This document shows positions 46,035-55,831 of a stretch of DNA of 64,000 bases, in pieces (position 1 is the first letter of the stretch; every line of letters starts with the position of its first letter). Made by a program: the position numbers and the translations under genes. The notes beneath the pieces were generated by a model. The model had not been told where the DNA came from. It worked only from the letters and a program-made list of their open reading frames with translations, and did no database searches. Source of the DNA: an uncultured virus (IMG/VR IMGVR_UViG_3300034066_001606) (Duplodnaviria; Heunggongvirae; Uroviricota; Caudoviricetes); the IMG/VR virus record IMGVR_UViG_3300034066_001606. The stretch is one strand, 5' to 3'.

Positions 46035-47732
46035 ATGGCTACAATAGTTAATTTCAATGGTAGAAAAGTAATAGAACCAGGAGCGTATTCGCAAATTAAG
46101 AGCGGTGTTCCAGTTCCAGTAACATTGGGTACTTATGGTAATGTTTGCATAATTGATACAGGAATTGGTGTTGGTTATGGTTACGGAGGTGGCATTAACG
46201 CTGGATTACCTACAGCTGGAGGTGTGAAATCAGTTTATGAATTCAAAAACGCTAGGGATATGAAGGAAAGCATTGGCGGTGGAATTTTATATGATGTTGC
46301 CGACTTCTTATGGTCTCCATCTAAAAATGGCTTAGGTCCCGAAAAGGTTATCTATGTTCGTGCTTGTACGACAGTCCCTGCTATAAAGGCAACTACATTT
46401 TCTACTGGAGCGATTACACTAAAATGTAAAAATGAAGGTACTCGTGGCAATGGTGCATTAGTTACAAATTACAATGGACTTTCAATAGTAAGTAGAGGTT
46501 ATGGTTGGAAGCTTAAAGCTGGAATAATTGATACAGCAAAATACATAATTGAATTTTACGAGGGGCAATATAGGGGCAAAAATGCTGACAATGTTGAATA
46601 CGTTACAGAGGAAGTGAATTGTGATGCTAAAATTGTTTGCCAGACTCCTGAATTTTCAAGTGTAAATGATTTGGTTGCATGGATGGCTACTGATTATAAA
46701 TTCAATCAACTATTTGCCTTAACAGCAAGTACAGCAAGTGCAACTTCATTGACACCAACTGATTTAACCAATTTTGGTACAACAGCGCAATTATTTGCAA
46801 GTGGTACAACTTCATACAATCCAACAGATGTTGACGATGTGTTGGATAACATTGTTGACTTAGATAATAGCTTGTTTTTGTTATGTGATTATGGCTTGAA
46901 ACCAAGTCCAGCGTGGACAGCACCTCAGATGGTAGTTGGTACAAACAATGGTGCTCAAAGTGTTGCAAATGGTAAGATTCTAGCCTATATAAAGCAGAAT
47001 AGTACCTTTACCGAAAAGCTTATGTTTATTGGTGGCGGTAATAATGCTGACGAGTTTACTACTGGAACAGATGATGGTAGTTTGGAAAGTGCAAGTTACT
47101 ATAACGATGCGTTTGTTTCAATTGTGCATAGTGGTGTTTTGATGCCAAATTATAGCGGTGGTGCAACATTTAAAGAATACGATTCATTTTATCATTCTGC
47201 GATGGTTTGCGGTCTTACAGCTGGAATGGAGCCACAGATACCAATTACTTACAAGAATATTAGAATATCTGGGTTGGTGCATGAATTAAAAAAGAGCGAA
47301 AGAGAACAAGCACTTATCGGCGGTGTATTGCACACTAGATATCAACAACAATTAGGTTGGGTAATTAATCAGGGTGTGAATACCATGCAAAACAACAATT
47401 TGCTTATTTCTGCAAATGGTCAAAGTCCTGAAATTCAAATAATGCGAATTATTCACCAAATTAATAAGGAGTTGAAAATAAATGCAACTACTAGATTTGT
47501 TGGTGGCAATTTGTTTACAGCTAGTGCTGAAGAAATTAAGCTGTTCACCGAAGGGTATTTACAATCACGTTCAGTAAGAGCATTGCAAGATAATCTGATT
47601 ATTAGATTTGAAAATGTAAAAGTTGAACTAGTAAATGATTATTGGAACATTGAGTATTGCTTTGTACCAAACGGACCGATTAACAAGCTGTTCTTCACAG
47701 GATACATTTTAGACCCAAATATCAAACTTTAA
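46035..47732 (+). CDS. Contractile tail sheath protein
   Basis: FNG..IEPGAYS, G..AG.EPQ.PITYK, INQGVNT, RI..QINKEL, FVPNGPINK. Confidence 0.9.
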   Translation: MATIVNFNGRKVIEPGAYSQIKSGVPVPVTLGTYGNVCIIDTGIGVGYGYGGGINAGLPTAGGVKSVYEFKNARDMKESIGGGILYDVADFLWSPSKNGLGPEKVIYVRACTTVPAIKATTFSTGAITLKCKNEGTRGNGALVTNYNGLSIVSRGYGWKLKAGIIDTAKYIIEFYEGQYRGKNADNVEYVTEEVNCDAKIVCQTPEFSSVNDLVAWMATDYKFNQLFALTASTASATSLTPTDLTNFGTTAQLFASGTTSYNPTDVDDVLDNIVDLDNSLFLLCDYGLKPSPAWTAPQMVVGTNNGAQSVANGKILAYIKQNSTFTEKLMFIGGGNNADEFTTGTDDGSLESASYYNDAFVSIVHSGVLMPNYSGGATFKEYDSFYHSAMVCGLTAGMEPQIPITYKNIRISGLVHELKKSEREQALIGGVLHTRYQQQLGWVINQGVNTMQNNNLLISANGQSPEIQIMRIIHQINKELKINATTRFVGGNLFTASAEEIKLFTEGYLQSRSVRALQDNLIIRFENVKVELVNDYWNIEYCFVPNGPINKLFFTGYILDPNIKL

Positions 47733-47759
47733 TTCAAAACACTTTAAAATAAAATTAAC

Positions 47760-48236
47760 ATGGCAGATAGAGTAATGACAGCACCACTAGCGATAATCAA
47801 AGTAAATGGTGTTGCAGTTGGAAAAGCAAAAAACATTCGTTGTACGGAAAATGTTCGTAGAACTAAGGTAGTTGGGCTAGGTGCTTTAATTGCGAGCGAG
47901 TATGCTCCGTTAGAATACAATTGTACACTCAATATGGGATTCTTCATGATAGACTTGAAAAAACAAGCTATCCCTGGAGCATTACTTCGAAACATGAATA
48001 CTATTGAAGAATTTGAAAACACATTGCTTTTGAGTTCTGATGGTGTACAAATTGATGTTTTAAGAAAAGTAAAGGACACCACTAGTCCAGGGGGCATTAT
48101 CACACCTAAACTTGAGGTCTTTGCTAGTATCATAGGTTGCTTTATTACAAGAGAATCATTTGATATAAGCGAGGGGCAAATTAGTGGTAGAGATGTTGAC
48201 TTTGAATACACTAACCCAATTTTGTTTCCACTTTAG
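47760..48236 (+). CDS. Tail tube protein
   Basis: IIKVNG.AVG, V.GLG.L..SE, FEY.NP; follows the sheath. Confidence 0.8.
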   Translation: MADRVMTAPLAIIKVNGVAVGKAKNIRCTENVRRTKVVGLGALIASEYAPLEYNCTLNMGFFMIDLKKQAIPGALLRNMNTIEEFENTLLLSSDGVQIDVLRKVKDTTSPGGIITPKLEVFASIIGCFITRESFDISEGQISGRDVDFEYTNPILFPL

Positions 48237-48268
48237 TTCTTTATACATTTCATTACAATTACAATACG

Positions 48269-48303
48269 AAACGACCTCCTGTTCTTGGGAGGTTGTTTTG
48301 TTT
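48269..48303 (+). terminator. Intrinsic terminator after tail tube
   Basis: AAACGACCTCCT-gttctt-GGGAGGTTGTTT then TGTTT. Confidence 0.75.
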
Positions 48304-48315
48304 AAAACAAAAAAC

Positions 48316-49020
48316 ATGAAAAACAACAAAAACAAATTTTTATTGATTCTATTTTTACTAGCATTACTAGGGGCAACAATTTGGGTGTATAAAAAGATAT
48401 CCATAAAGAATTCAATAATTGAAAACCTATCAAACGATGTAGATACAAGGGAAACCAAGATAAAAACATTGATTGATGTAAACAATAAGGAGCATGTGCA
48501 ATTTGAATCCGTTAAAATGGAAAAAGAATTGTTGCTAGTTGCCTACAATAAGAAATTGGAATACATTACAAAGTTACTGAAGATAAAGCCTAAAAATGTA
48601 AATTCAGTTTCAGAAGTTGTTGTAAACATACATGACACAATTGAACCACAAATAACAGTAGTTGATACAGCACAAAGGTTTTTTAGCATTAAGGATAGTA
48701 GTGAATATTTTCAACTTTATGGCAATGGGTATGTAGATACCAATGGTTATGTAAATAGATTAAAAATAAGCTACAATATTACCGACAGCATATACATAAC
48801 CGAATTTACTAAAAAACGTCTGTTAATGTCTTCAAGAACGACAATAGATATCCATAATACTAATCCATTGGTTAAAACAATTGGTGTAAGCAAAATTGAA
48901 ATTAAACAAAAGCCAAAAAGATTCGGTATTGGTTTTCAAGTTGGGTATGGTGTATCAGACAATTTTAAACCTAGTATATATGTCGGAGCTGGACTTCAAT
49001 ACAGCCTATTGAAATTTTAA
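48316..49020 (+). CDS. Membrane-anchored protein with C-terminal amphipathic beta-hairpin, spanin candidate
   Basis: N-terminal TM FLLILFLLALLGATIWVY; C-terminus RFGIGFQVGYG...YVGAGLQYSLLKF. Confidence 0.55.
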   Translation: MKNNKNKFLLILFLLALLGATIWVYKKISIKNSIIENLSNDVDTRETKIKTLIDVNNKEHVQFESVKMEKELLLVAYNKKLEYITKLLKIKPKNVNSVSEVVVNIHDTIEPQITVVDTAQRFFSIKDSSEYFQLYGNGYVDTNGYVNRLKISYNITDSIYITEFTKKRLLMSSRTTIDIHNTNPLVKTIGVSKIEIKQKPKRFGIGFQVGYGVSDNFKPSIYVGAGLQYSLLKF

Positions 49021-49028
49021 GATGTATT
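49021..49028 (+). promoter_or_regulatory. Putative late promoter box GATGTATT
   Basis: 29 nt before ATG 49050. Confidence 0.45.
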
Positions 49029-49049
49029 TAATACAAAACGTAAACAAAA

Positions 49050-49421
49050 ATGCAAACATCAGTAAAAGTAAATTTAAAAGGAAAAGAATTTGTAGTTAAT
49101 TATCCAAATGTAGGTGAGAAAATCAAAATAGAAAACTATAAGGTTTTACTTACGAATGGTCAATATGGCGACTTTGTTAGGAGTGGGCATAAAACATGCC
49201 TTGATCTTCTGGACTTAGTAGACGCATTTTCCAATTTTGCAATTTTAATCAAAGAATTAAATTTGGGGATTGATGATTTCAATAACATGGATTTAAAAAC
49301 TTCAAGTGAAATCAAAATAGAATACACGAAAGTGTTGTACCCATTTTTAACAAACCTAGAAAAGCAACTTGAGGAAGTTACCATTAACAAAGATGATAAT
49401 GAACCAAGTCAAACTAGCTAA
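49050..49421 (+). CDS. Tail assembly chaperone-like protein
   Basis: Position between tube and tape measure; YPNVG..I.IE..K. Confidence 0.55.
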   Translation: MQTSVKVNLKGKEFVVNYPNVGEKIKIENYKVLLTNGQYGDFVRSGHKTCLDLLDLVDAFSNFAILIKELNLGIDDFNNMDLKTSSEIKIEYTKVLYPFLTNLEKQLEEVTINKDDNEPSQTS

Positions 49422-49737
49422 TGGGAATACACTCAAAATAAAAGAGTTTGTTTCAGAATGGAATATTAGATACCCATACGATTATTGGTGGAGAAAGAAG
49501 TATGGGATACCATTTGGTGCTAAAGAACACCTAGAAGCTAATCACATTAATATGGTTATTGAATTCATGGAAGATAGATTTCATGAAAAGGTTAGAGATA
49601 TGGAAGATAATGAAGAAAAGGAACTATATAATAGTGTGCTAAACAATACAGAGGATGTAAACACTAAGCAAATTGTTAAAATGAACAATAAAGAATTGGA
49701 TAGCGAATTTAATAACATTGATTTAAACGATTTTTAA
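49399..49737 (+). CDS. Second tail assembly chaperone-like protein
   Basis: WN..YP.DYWWRKKY.IPFG..EH; immediately upstream of the TMP. Confidence 0.55.
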   Translation: MNQVKLANGNTLKIKEFVSEWNIRYPYDYWWRKKYGIPFGAKEHLEANHINMVIEFMEDRFHEKVRDMEDNEEKELYNSVLNNTEDVNTKQIVKMNNKELDSEFNNIDLNDF

Positions 49738-49738
49738 T

Positions 49739-51526
49739 ATGGCTTCTGAAGATAAAAGGATTAATATTAGGCTTGATGCTGATGCTAGTGGGTTAAACCA
49801 AACAGCAAGAGAAGCCAAGGAAAACTTTAGGTCAGCATTTGAAGAAATTAGCGACTTTGATATTTTAGCAAATGCCGATAAAGCGTTTGAAAAAACTGAA
49901 GAGCGTGTAGAAGCCATTAAGAAAAAACTTGAAGAAATGCGTCGTGAAATGCACGACAACATTGATGATAGTAGAGGTGGGAATGCATTTGGTAGGGCAA
50001 GAATTAGAAGAGAAGAAGGAAGTAACATAGATGAAAAGTTTAAGCTACTTACGGACAAATTTGAAAGATATATTAGAGCATTAGAAAAACAAGCTTCTTC
50101 TGGCTCCAGTAAGGGTGTTGGGTTTGACCCGATGCATGGTTATGAAAAGTTTAAAGACAAAATGTCACCCGAAGAGTATAGTGCTCACATGCAAAGGCAA
50201 CACGATAGAAAAGTTTCTAATATGTTGGGTAATAATGTGGTTGAAAAAGATTCACCTAGCGTGTTGGCTCGCATGGCTTCAGCAGGAGTACAAGGTAATG
50301 GTACTGGAATGATGCAAATAGGGGCGCAAGGTATGATGGGAAGCGTTGGTTTAGGTGCTGGAGGTATGTTACTAGGTGGTGCAATTGTTACAGCCTTAAT
50401 AATGGGTTTTAAAAAGCTTTTTGACGAGGGTTTGAAATTAAGTAGGGCTGAATCAAAAAGCAACATGTTGGTTGAAAATAAATTTAGCGGTTTTACTGGA
50501 AATTACAATGACGCTGGAACTGGACTTGACGATGCTGAATTGATGGGTGCTGGAGTTAGGTTGGCTAAAAGTAGGGGTTTCGGTGGGGAGTCTTTAGCGC
50601 AAGATACTAGGAGACATAAATATTTGGAAAATGCCTACAGCTTAACCGAGGGTGAAACTAGTGGTTTGGATAGGTTTTATAAATACGACAAGCCTGAAAA
50701 CAGAAGGGATGGTAGTATGATCATTGCCGACTTACTTTTAAGAAGTGAAAAGAATGGCATACTAGGTGTGAGTGGTAATGATTTTAGTAGGTTGCCTGAA
50801 AAAATATCTGCAATAGGCGATATTATGGCTATGCAGAGGGGTAATGGTGAAACGGTTGATAGCAACTTTGCTACTAGCATGGCAATAGCAGGAGATAAAA
50901 TTGGTGGTCGTTTTGGTGATGATAGATTAGGTGAAAGTTTGGGTAGAATTGATAGTAGTATTAAAAACCCTACCAATGGGGGCATGAGGGCATACATATA
51001 TCAAATGTTGCAAAGGGCTAATCCAGGAGGTTCATATACCGACATAATGGGGCAAATGGAAAATGGTGCTAGTGGTGAAAATTTAAAGGCTATTTTACCT
51101 CAAATTGCACAAATGCAACAAGGTGAAATGAGAAGGATGGTTTTATTTCAACTCACTAAGAATTGGCAGGATGCAATTAGGCTTGACAATTCTGGCAGTT
51201 TGGAAGAAATGATTAAGGCTACCAATGGTATGAAATCAAGTGATAGTGATATTAATGCAAAATTCAATTCAATAAAAACTAGAGCTGAAGAGGGTATAAC
51301 CAATTGGGATAAGCTTAAGACAACAATTACTAGTGGAATACAAGATGCTGGACGTGAAATGCTAGGTACTGTCGGCTTAGGAACTAAGGCTGATAATGAA
51401 AAGTATGGTACTATTGAAAATAGAGTTAATATGGGTGTAAATGCGTTTGGTGTTGTTCCTGGAATGAGCGTATTCAAATCAATGTGGGATTTAAGTAAAA
51501 TAGGTTTTAATTCAACTAAGAAATAA
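49739..51526 (+). CDS. Tape measure protein (putative)
   Basis: Helical, Gly/Ala/Met-rich with a hydrophobic segment; position in the tail module. Confidence 0.7.
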   Translation: MASEDKRINIRLDADASGLNQTAREAKENFRSAFEEISDFDILANADKAFEKTEERVEAIKKKLEEMRREMHDNIDDSRGGNAFGRARIRREEGSNIDEKFKLLTDKFERYIRALEKQASSGSSKGVGFDPMHGYEKFKDKMSPEEYSAHMQRQHDRKVSNMLGNNVVEKDSPSVLARMASAGVQGNGTGMMQIGAQGMMGSVGLGAGGMLLGGAIVTALIMGFKKLFDEGLKLSRAESKSNMLVENKFSGFTGNYNDAGTGLDDAELMGAGVRLAKSRGFGGESLAQDTRRHKYLENAYSLTEGETSGLDRFYKYDKPENRRDGSMIIADLLLRSEKNGILGVSGNDFSRLPEKISAIGDIMAMQRGNGETVDSNFATSMAIAGDKIGGRFGDDRLGESLGRIDSSIKNPTNGGMRAYIYQMLQRANPGGSYTDIMGQMENGASGENLKAILPQIAQMQQGEMRRMVLFQLTKNWQDAIRLDNSGSLEEMIKATNGMKSSDSDINAKFNSIKTRAEEGITNWDKLKTTITSGIQDAGREMLGTVGLGTKADNEKYGTIENRVNMGVNAFGVVPGMSVFKSMWDLSKIGFNSTKK

Positions 51527-51527
51527 A

Positions 51528-54500
51528 ATGAAAGTAGAAATTAGCAATAATGGTTTGAATATTTTAAAATCAGACGAAGGGTTTAGAAAGGTTGCATACC
51601 CAGATTTAAATTCTGCAAGTGGTTGGTGTATTTGTTTTGGAAACCATTATCACCCAAATGGTAGGAAGGTTAGAAGCGGTGAAAGGGTTAATTTTGATAA
51701 AGATAGCGTTGAAGCCAATGAGTACATTAAAAGCCATTTGAAGAATAATGTGTATCACCATTTTTCAAAAATATCTAAGAACCTTAACCAAAATCAAATT
51801 GATGCATTGTGTATGCTAATTTATGCGGTAGGAAATTTACCAACTGAAATTGCTAAAATTATTAATGAAGAAAATTCAAACGAAAGTAAGTTAAAAGCTT
51901 CATGGAGATCACACAATTTCAACGGCACTAAAAGCATTGATGATAGAAGAATAAAGGAATACAATCTGTTTAAGGGGGTGCAACCTCCAGTTGAAAATAA
52001 AAAAGCTAAAGAACGTAAAATTTCAAATGTCTTCAACAATATAAACATGCATTTTGTTTATGGCTTGAAGGATGAAAAAATTAGGAACATATTTTTGGCA
52101 CTTATCAACCTCATTAATCAGCGTGGTTATTTGGTTCACTTAACTAGCGGTTACAGAACATACGAAGAGCAAAGACAATTACATGCAAAGGATAGTAGAA
52201 ATGCTAAACCTGGAAACAGCAGACATGAGAAGGGTAGAGCAATTGATTTAAATTTAATTTCAATAAAAACAAGAAAGCAGTACACCAAAAAGGGTAGTAC
52301 TTTAGCTGAATGGAATTCAACTGGAATACCACAAATTGCAAAGGAATTAGGTTTTTTATGGGGTGGTGACAAGTTTAGGGGTTACTACGATCCAGTTCAT
52401 TTTGAAATACCAGATGGTGGTTTGAATATAACAAAATTCAATTTATCAAATTTAAAAAAGGAGATAAATGCAAAAACAACCAAGCTTACAACAGATAGCG
52501 AAAGGAATTCAGGTGAATTAACAAACGACATTGCTAGGGGGGATGAACCAATTGCAAATGAAAAGACTAAACCAATTCCACCTCCAGAATACATAACAAT
52601 TAGGGATTCAAATACAGAAAACAATACGTTACAAAAAATAATTGATTTCTATGGTTTGCAAATGAAACCAAAAGAAATACTTGATTACGAATTGTACGAT
52701 AATAAAACCTCAATTTATTCAAGTTACAATAACGAACAGAAAAAATTTTATGGCAAGGCTGATAAGGATTTTATTGTACCCAATACAATACTAGCGATAC
52801 CTAGAAACAAATATTACGCTGAAAAGAATTCTGGTGTAAATTCTAAAATAGTTGAAAATAATGATTACAATGCTTTCATAGAAAAGAAAATAAGTTCAAT
52901 TATAAAAAACAAGGATTACAAAAAATTGAACATAGATAGTTGGAATGATTTAAACAAGGGAAGCATATTCAAAAAGGAAAGTTGGTGTAAGGTTTGGGTT
53001 TGGTCAAAGTCTATGGATTCAGATGGTAGCACTCTTACAAACATTACTAATTTTGTTGAAAACATACAAATAAATGTCAATAAAAATGGTGGCAATTTTT
53101 CAATTACGTTGCCACATATTTCAGTAGGCAAACGGGATATTAAAACCCTTGCAGATTTGTTGGTTTATGAATATGAATTCAATGGTCAAAAAAACTATGT
53201 AAACAAAGATACATTACACTATAAGGATGTTTTGAAGCCTGAGGATATAAAGGCTAAGTTTGGTGATAGTGATGGTAAGGTTGAAGGTGAACAATTTATT
53301 AGAAAATTTAATTTCTTTAATAGGTTGTTGCAAAACAATGATATTGTTTTTATTAGAATGGAAAAAATTGGCATTGATAAAAAAACAATAGATTTAGAAA
53401 ACGAATTTAAAATTTCAAATAGTAGTTTGCCAAATAACTATTTTGACATGATAGGTTTGGTTTCCAATGTTGCAGATGCCACAAATTCAGAAGGTGGTGT
53501 AAGGAAAATAAATGTTTCTGGACAAGATTTAAGTAAGTTATTAATTGATGACGGTGTTTACTTTTTCCCAATTGAATACATAATTAAGGACAGGGAGCAA
53601 ATTATTTTAAATAGTGCAAACCACAAGTCTGGCAATAGGATTATTATTCCTCCGTCTAAAGACACAAATAAAGACTCATACGAGGCTAATATACAAAATA
53701 ACCTACAAGGGTTTATGCCAACAGCTTCCTTTAATTTTGACAAGACACAGAGCATTGAAGAATGGTTAGTGTTTATATTCACACAATTAACCAATATAGA
53801 TATTGTACACGATACGTTGTTTAATTATTTTGAAGAAAAAACATTTGTTGTAAGTAGAGAAGCATTTATTAATGGAAACGACATTGATTTGATAAAAGCT
53901 AGTGGCATTTGGCAAATAGTTAAATTGGTAATAGATAAGGAAATAGGTGGTAGGCGTTTAGCTGACCAAAGTTTTGCTAGTGCAACTGGAAGTCTTATGA
54001 ATTTGATAAGGAAAATATGCCAAGAGCCTTTTGTTGAATTCTTTATGGACACATACGGCGACAAATTTTATTTCATTTGCAGGAAGCCTCCGTTTAGTGA
54101 AAGTAGTTACAAAAGTAATTACACAATAAACATATACGAAGATGATGTTATTGCCGACAATTTATCATTCAATAATGAATTTTACACATGGTACAAGCTG
54201 AACCCTTATGGTAGCTTGATTGACGATAGTTTGGGTGAAAGCATGGCTATACTTCCAGCGGTTATGTTACCTGAATACATGGAAATTTGGGGAAGTAAAA
54301 TACTTGAAATTACGACACAATATTTGGATATAGATGTTAGCCAAAGTGTGCAAACTGAAAACAATCTAGATATAATAAAATCGCAAGGTAGGCAAGATTT
54401 AGATTGGCTGATTGAAACACATGCCTATTTACCATTTACAAGACAAGGCACAATTACAATAAAGTCAGATAGAAGAATAAAGCGTGGCATGAATATACGT

Positions 54501-54743
54501 TATGTGCCTACTGGAGAATTGTTTTATGTTGATGGTGTAAGTAATTCTAGGGAGTTTGGGGAAATTATTTCAAGCGAAACAACATTGCAAGTTAACAGAG
54601 GAATAGTTGAAAAACATTATGAGAAGTATTTTAACCTAGTTAAATTGCTTAGAAACAACAAGAATTCAGACAAATGGGATCCAACGACTTGGAGTGTGAA
54701 TACTGAAATTTTTAAATTTTTATTAAACAGAAGGCAGATATGA
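51528..54743 (+). CDS. Tail-associated lysin / baseplate hub: GH24 lysozyme, M15 peptidase and hub domain
   Basis: ISNNGL..LKSDEGF...AY.D, LNQNQIDAL, RR..E..LF; SGYRT..EQ, PG.SRH..G.AID, WGG...D.VHFE; VSGQDLSKLL, PFVEFF.D. Confidence 0.85.
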   Translation: MKVEISNNGLNILKSDEGFRKVAYPDLNSASGWCICFGNHYHPNGRKVRSGERVNFDKDSVEANEYIKSHLKNNVYHHFSKISKNLNQNQIDALCMLIYAVGNLPTEIAKIINEENSNESKLKASWRSHNFNGTKSIDDRRIKEYNLFKGVQPPVENKKAKERKISNVFNNINMHFVYGLKDEKIRNIFLALINLINQRGYLVHLTSGYRTYEEQRQLHAKDSRNAKPGNSRHEKGRAIDLNLISIKTRKQYTKKGSTLAEWNSTGIPQIAKELGFLWGGDKFRGYYDPVHFEIPDGGLNITKFNLSNLKKEINAKTTKLTTDSERNSGELTNDIARGDEPIANEKTKPIPPPEYITIRDSNTENNTLQKIIDFYGLQMKPKEILDYELYDNKTSIYSSYNNEQKKFYGKADKDFIVPNTILAIPRNKYYAEKNSGVNSKIVENNDYNAFIEKKISSIIKNKDYKKLNIDSWNDLNKGSIFKKESWCKVWVWSKSMDSDGSTLTNITNFVENIQINVNKNGGNFSITLPHISVGKRDIKTLADLLVYEYEFNGQKNYVNKDTLHYKDVLKPEDIKAKFGDSDGKVEGEQFIRKFNFFNRLLQNNDIVFIRMEKIGIDKKTIDLENEFKISNSSLPNNYFDMIGLVSNVADATNSEGGVRKINVSGQDLSKLLIDDGVYFFPIEYIIKDREQIILNSANHKSGNRIIIPPSKDTNKDSYEANIQNNLQGFMPTASFNFDKTQSIEEWLVFIFTQLTNIDIVHDTLFNYFEEKTFVVSREAFINGNDIDLIKASGIWQIVKLVIDKEIGGRRLADQSFASATGSLMNLIRKICQEPFVEFFMDTYGDKFYFICRKPPFSESSYKSNYTINIYEDDVIADNLSFNNEFYTWYKLNPYGSLIDDSLGESMAILPAVMLPEYMEIWGSKILEITTQYLDIDVSQSVQTENNLDIIKSQGRQDLDWLIETHAYLPFTRQGTITIKSDRRIKRGMNIRYVPTGELFYVDGVSNSREFGEIISSETTLQVNRGIVEKHYEKYFNLVKLLRNNKNSDKWDPTTWSVNTEIFKFLLNRRQI

Positions 54744-55831
54744 ATGTAAATGAAAGTTCAAGCCAACCAATTAGCGATGGTGTTAATCCAGTACGTTTGG
54801 AAGCTGAAAGGTTGCCAATGGGTATTGGATATGTTGTTTTAGATAAAACTAAAAGTAGAGCCGATTATATTAAAAATTGCAAGAGAACCAATACCATAAA
54901 TATATTCTCACACAGAAGTGAGGTTATGACTAAATGTTTGGTTAGTCGTTTCTGTTGGGATTCCATTGTTTTTCCAGAAAAATACAACGAGGTTGGCAGT
55001 TGTGTTGTTTGGATAAATATACCAATTAATAATCAACCCATAATAATTGGTTGTTTGCCCAAAAGAGATGAAATAAATTCAAGTTTGGTTGAAAACGAAA
55101 TAGTACATGGTCTTAGAGGCAATGGGTTTAGTTCGGAAATAGTTCACGATAGCAATTCTGGCAAAATGTCATTATTGGTTGATGGTCATAGCATAAATGT
55201 TGCAGTTAAAAATTCTGAAAACTTAGGTAGCTACGATTTGTATGTTCAAGGGGATATAAATGTACATTGTGAAAAATATTTGAATCTGCATAGCAATAGT
55301 GGCTTCAGCATTATAAATGTGTACAACCAACTAGGTAGTGACGTTAAGGCTAAAAGTGAAATAAGTTATAAGGTAAATATTGGCTTCAACATAATAGATG
55401 AATTTGGTAACAATATTACAACTAGCAAGGAAGGTATTACGTTAATTGATAAAAATCTAAATTCAATTTCAACATATAGTGATGGTGTCGTTGTTATGGA
55501 TAAAACCAAAAACAAGATAACAATGGATAAGGATGGGGTTGTTATTATGTTGCCAGATGAAGATAAGAAAGTTAGGATTATAACTAAAAATTCTAACCCT
55601 GAAGAAGTTACACTATTGGGCGAAAAAACATTAGAAATAATTGACGAATTAATAAAGCAAACTTCCAACCTTTGTTTGGAATTAATTCAAACAAAAACAA
55701 TAGACCCTATTAGTGGCAATTTGGTATTTATGCCAGACAATTTAACCAATTTTGCAAAAATAGGTAACAAGATTAGAGCTATTAAGTCAAAGTTCGAGAA
55801 CGCAAAAAGCAAAACATTAAAAACGACATAA
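54740..55831 (+). CDS. Baseplate spike (gp5/gpV-like) protein
   Basis: FP...GS.VVW..IP...QPIIIG OB-like N-terminus, D..GN.I beta repeats, LLGEK. Confidence 0.6.
   Translation: MNVNESSSQPISDGVNPVRLEAERLPMGIGYVVLDKTKSRADYIKNCKRTNTINIFSHRSEVMTKCLVSRFCWDSIVFPEKYNEVGSCVVWINIPINNQPIIIGCLPKRDEINSSLVENEIVHGLRGNGFSSEIVHDSNSGKMSLLVDGHSINVAVKNSENLGSYDLYVQGDINVHCEKYLNLHSNSGFSIINVYNQLGSDVKAKSEISYKVNIGFNIIDEFGNNITTSKEGITLIDKNLNSISTYSDGVVVMDKTKNKITMDKDGVVIMLPDEDKKVRIITKNSNPEEVTLLGEKTLEIIDELIKQTSNLCLELIQTKTIDPISGNLVFMPDNLTNFAKIGNKIRAIKSKFENAKSKTLKTT

Noticed and set aside
48184..48315. N-terminal extension of ORF 48184 in the ORF track
   Set aside because: It overlaps the tube gene and its terminator; ATG 48316 has the typical A-rich leader
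49340..49421. Programmed -1 frameshift between the tail chaperones
   Set aside because: The second ORF is in the +1 frame, has its own ATG, and no XXXYYYZ slippery site is evident in the overlap
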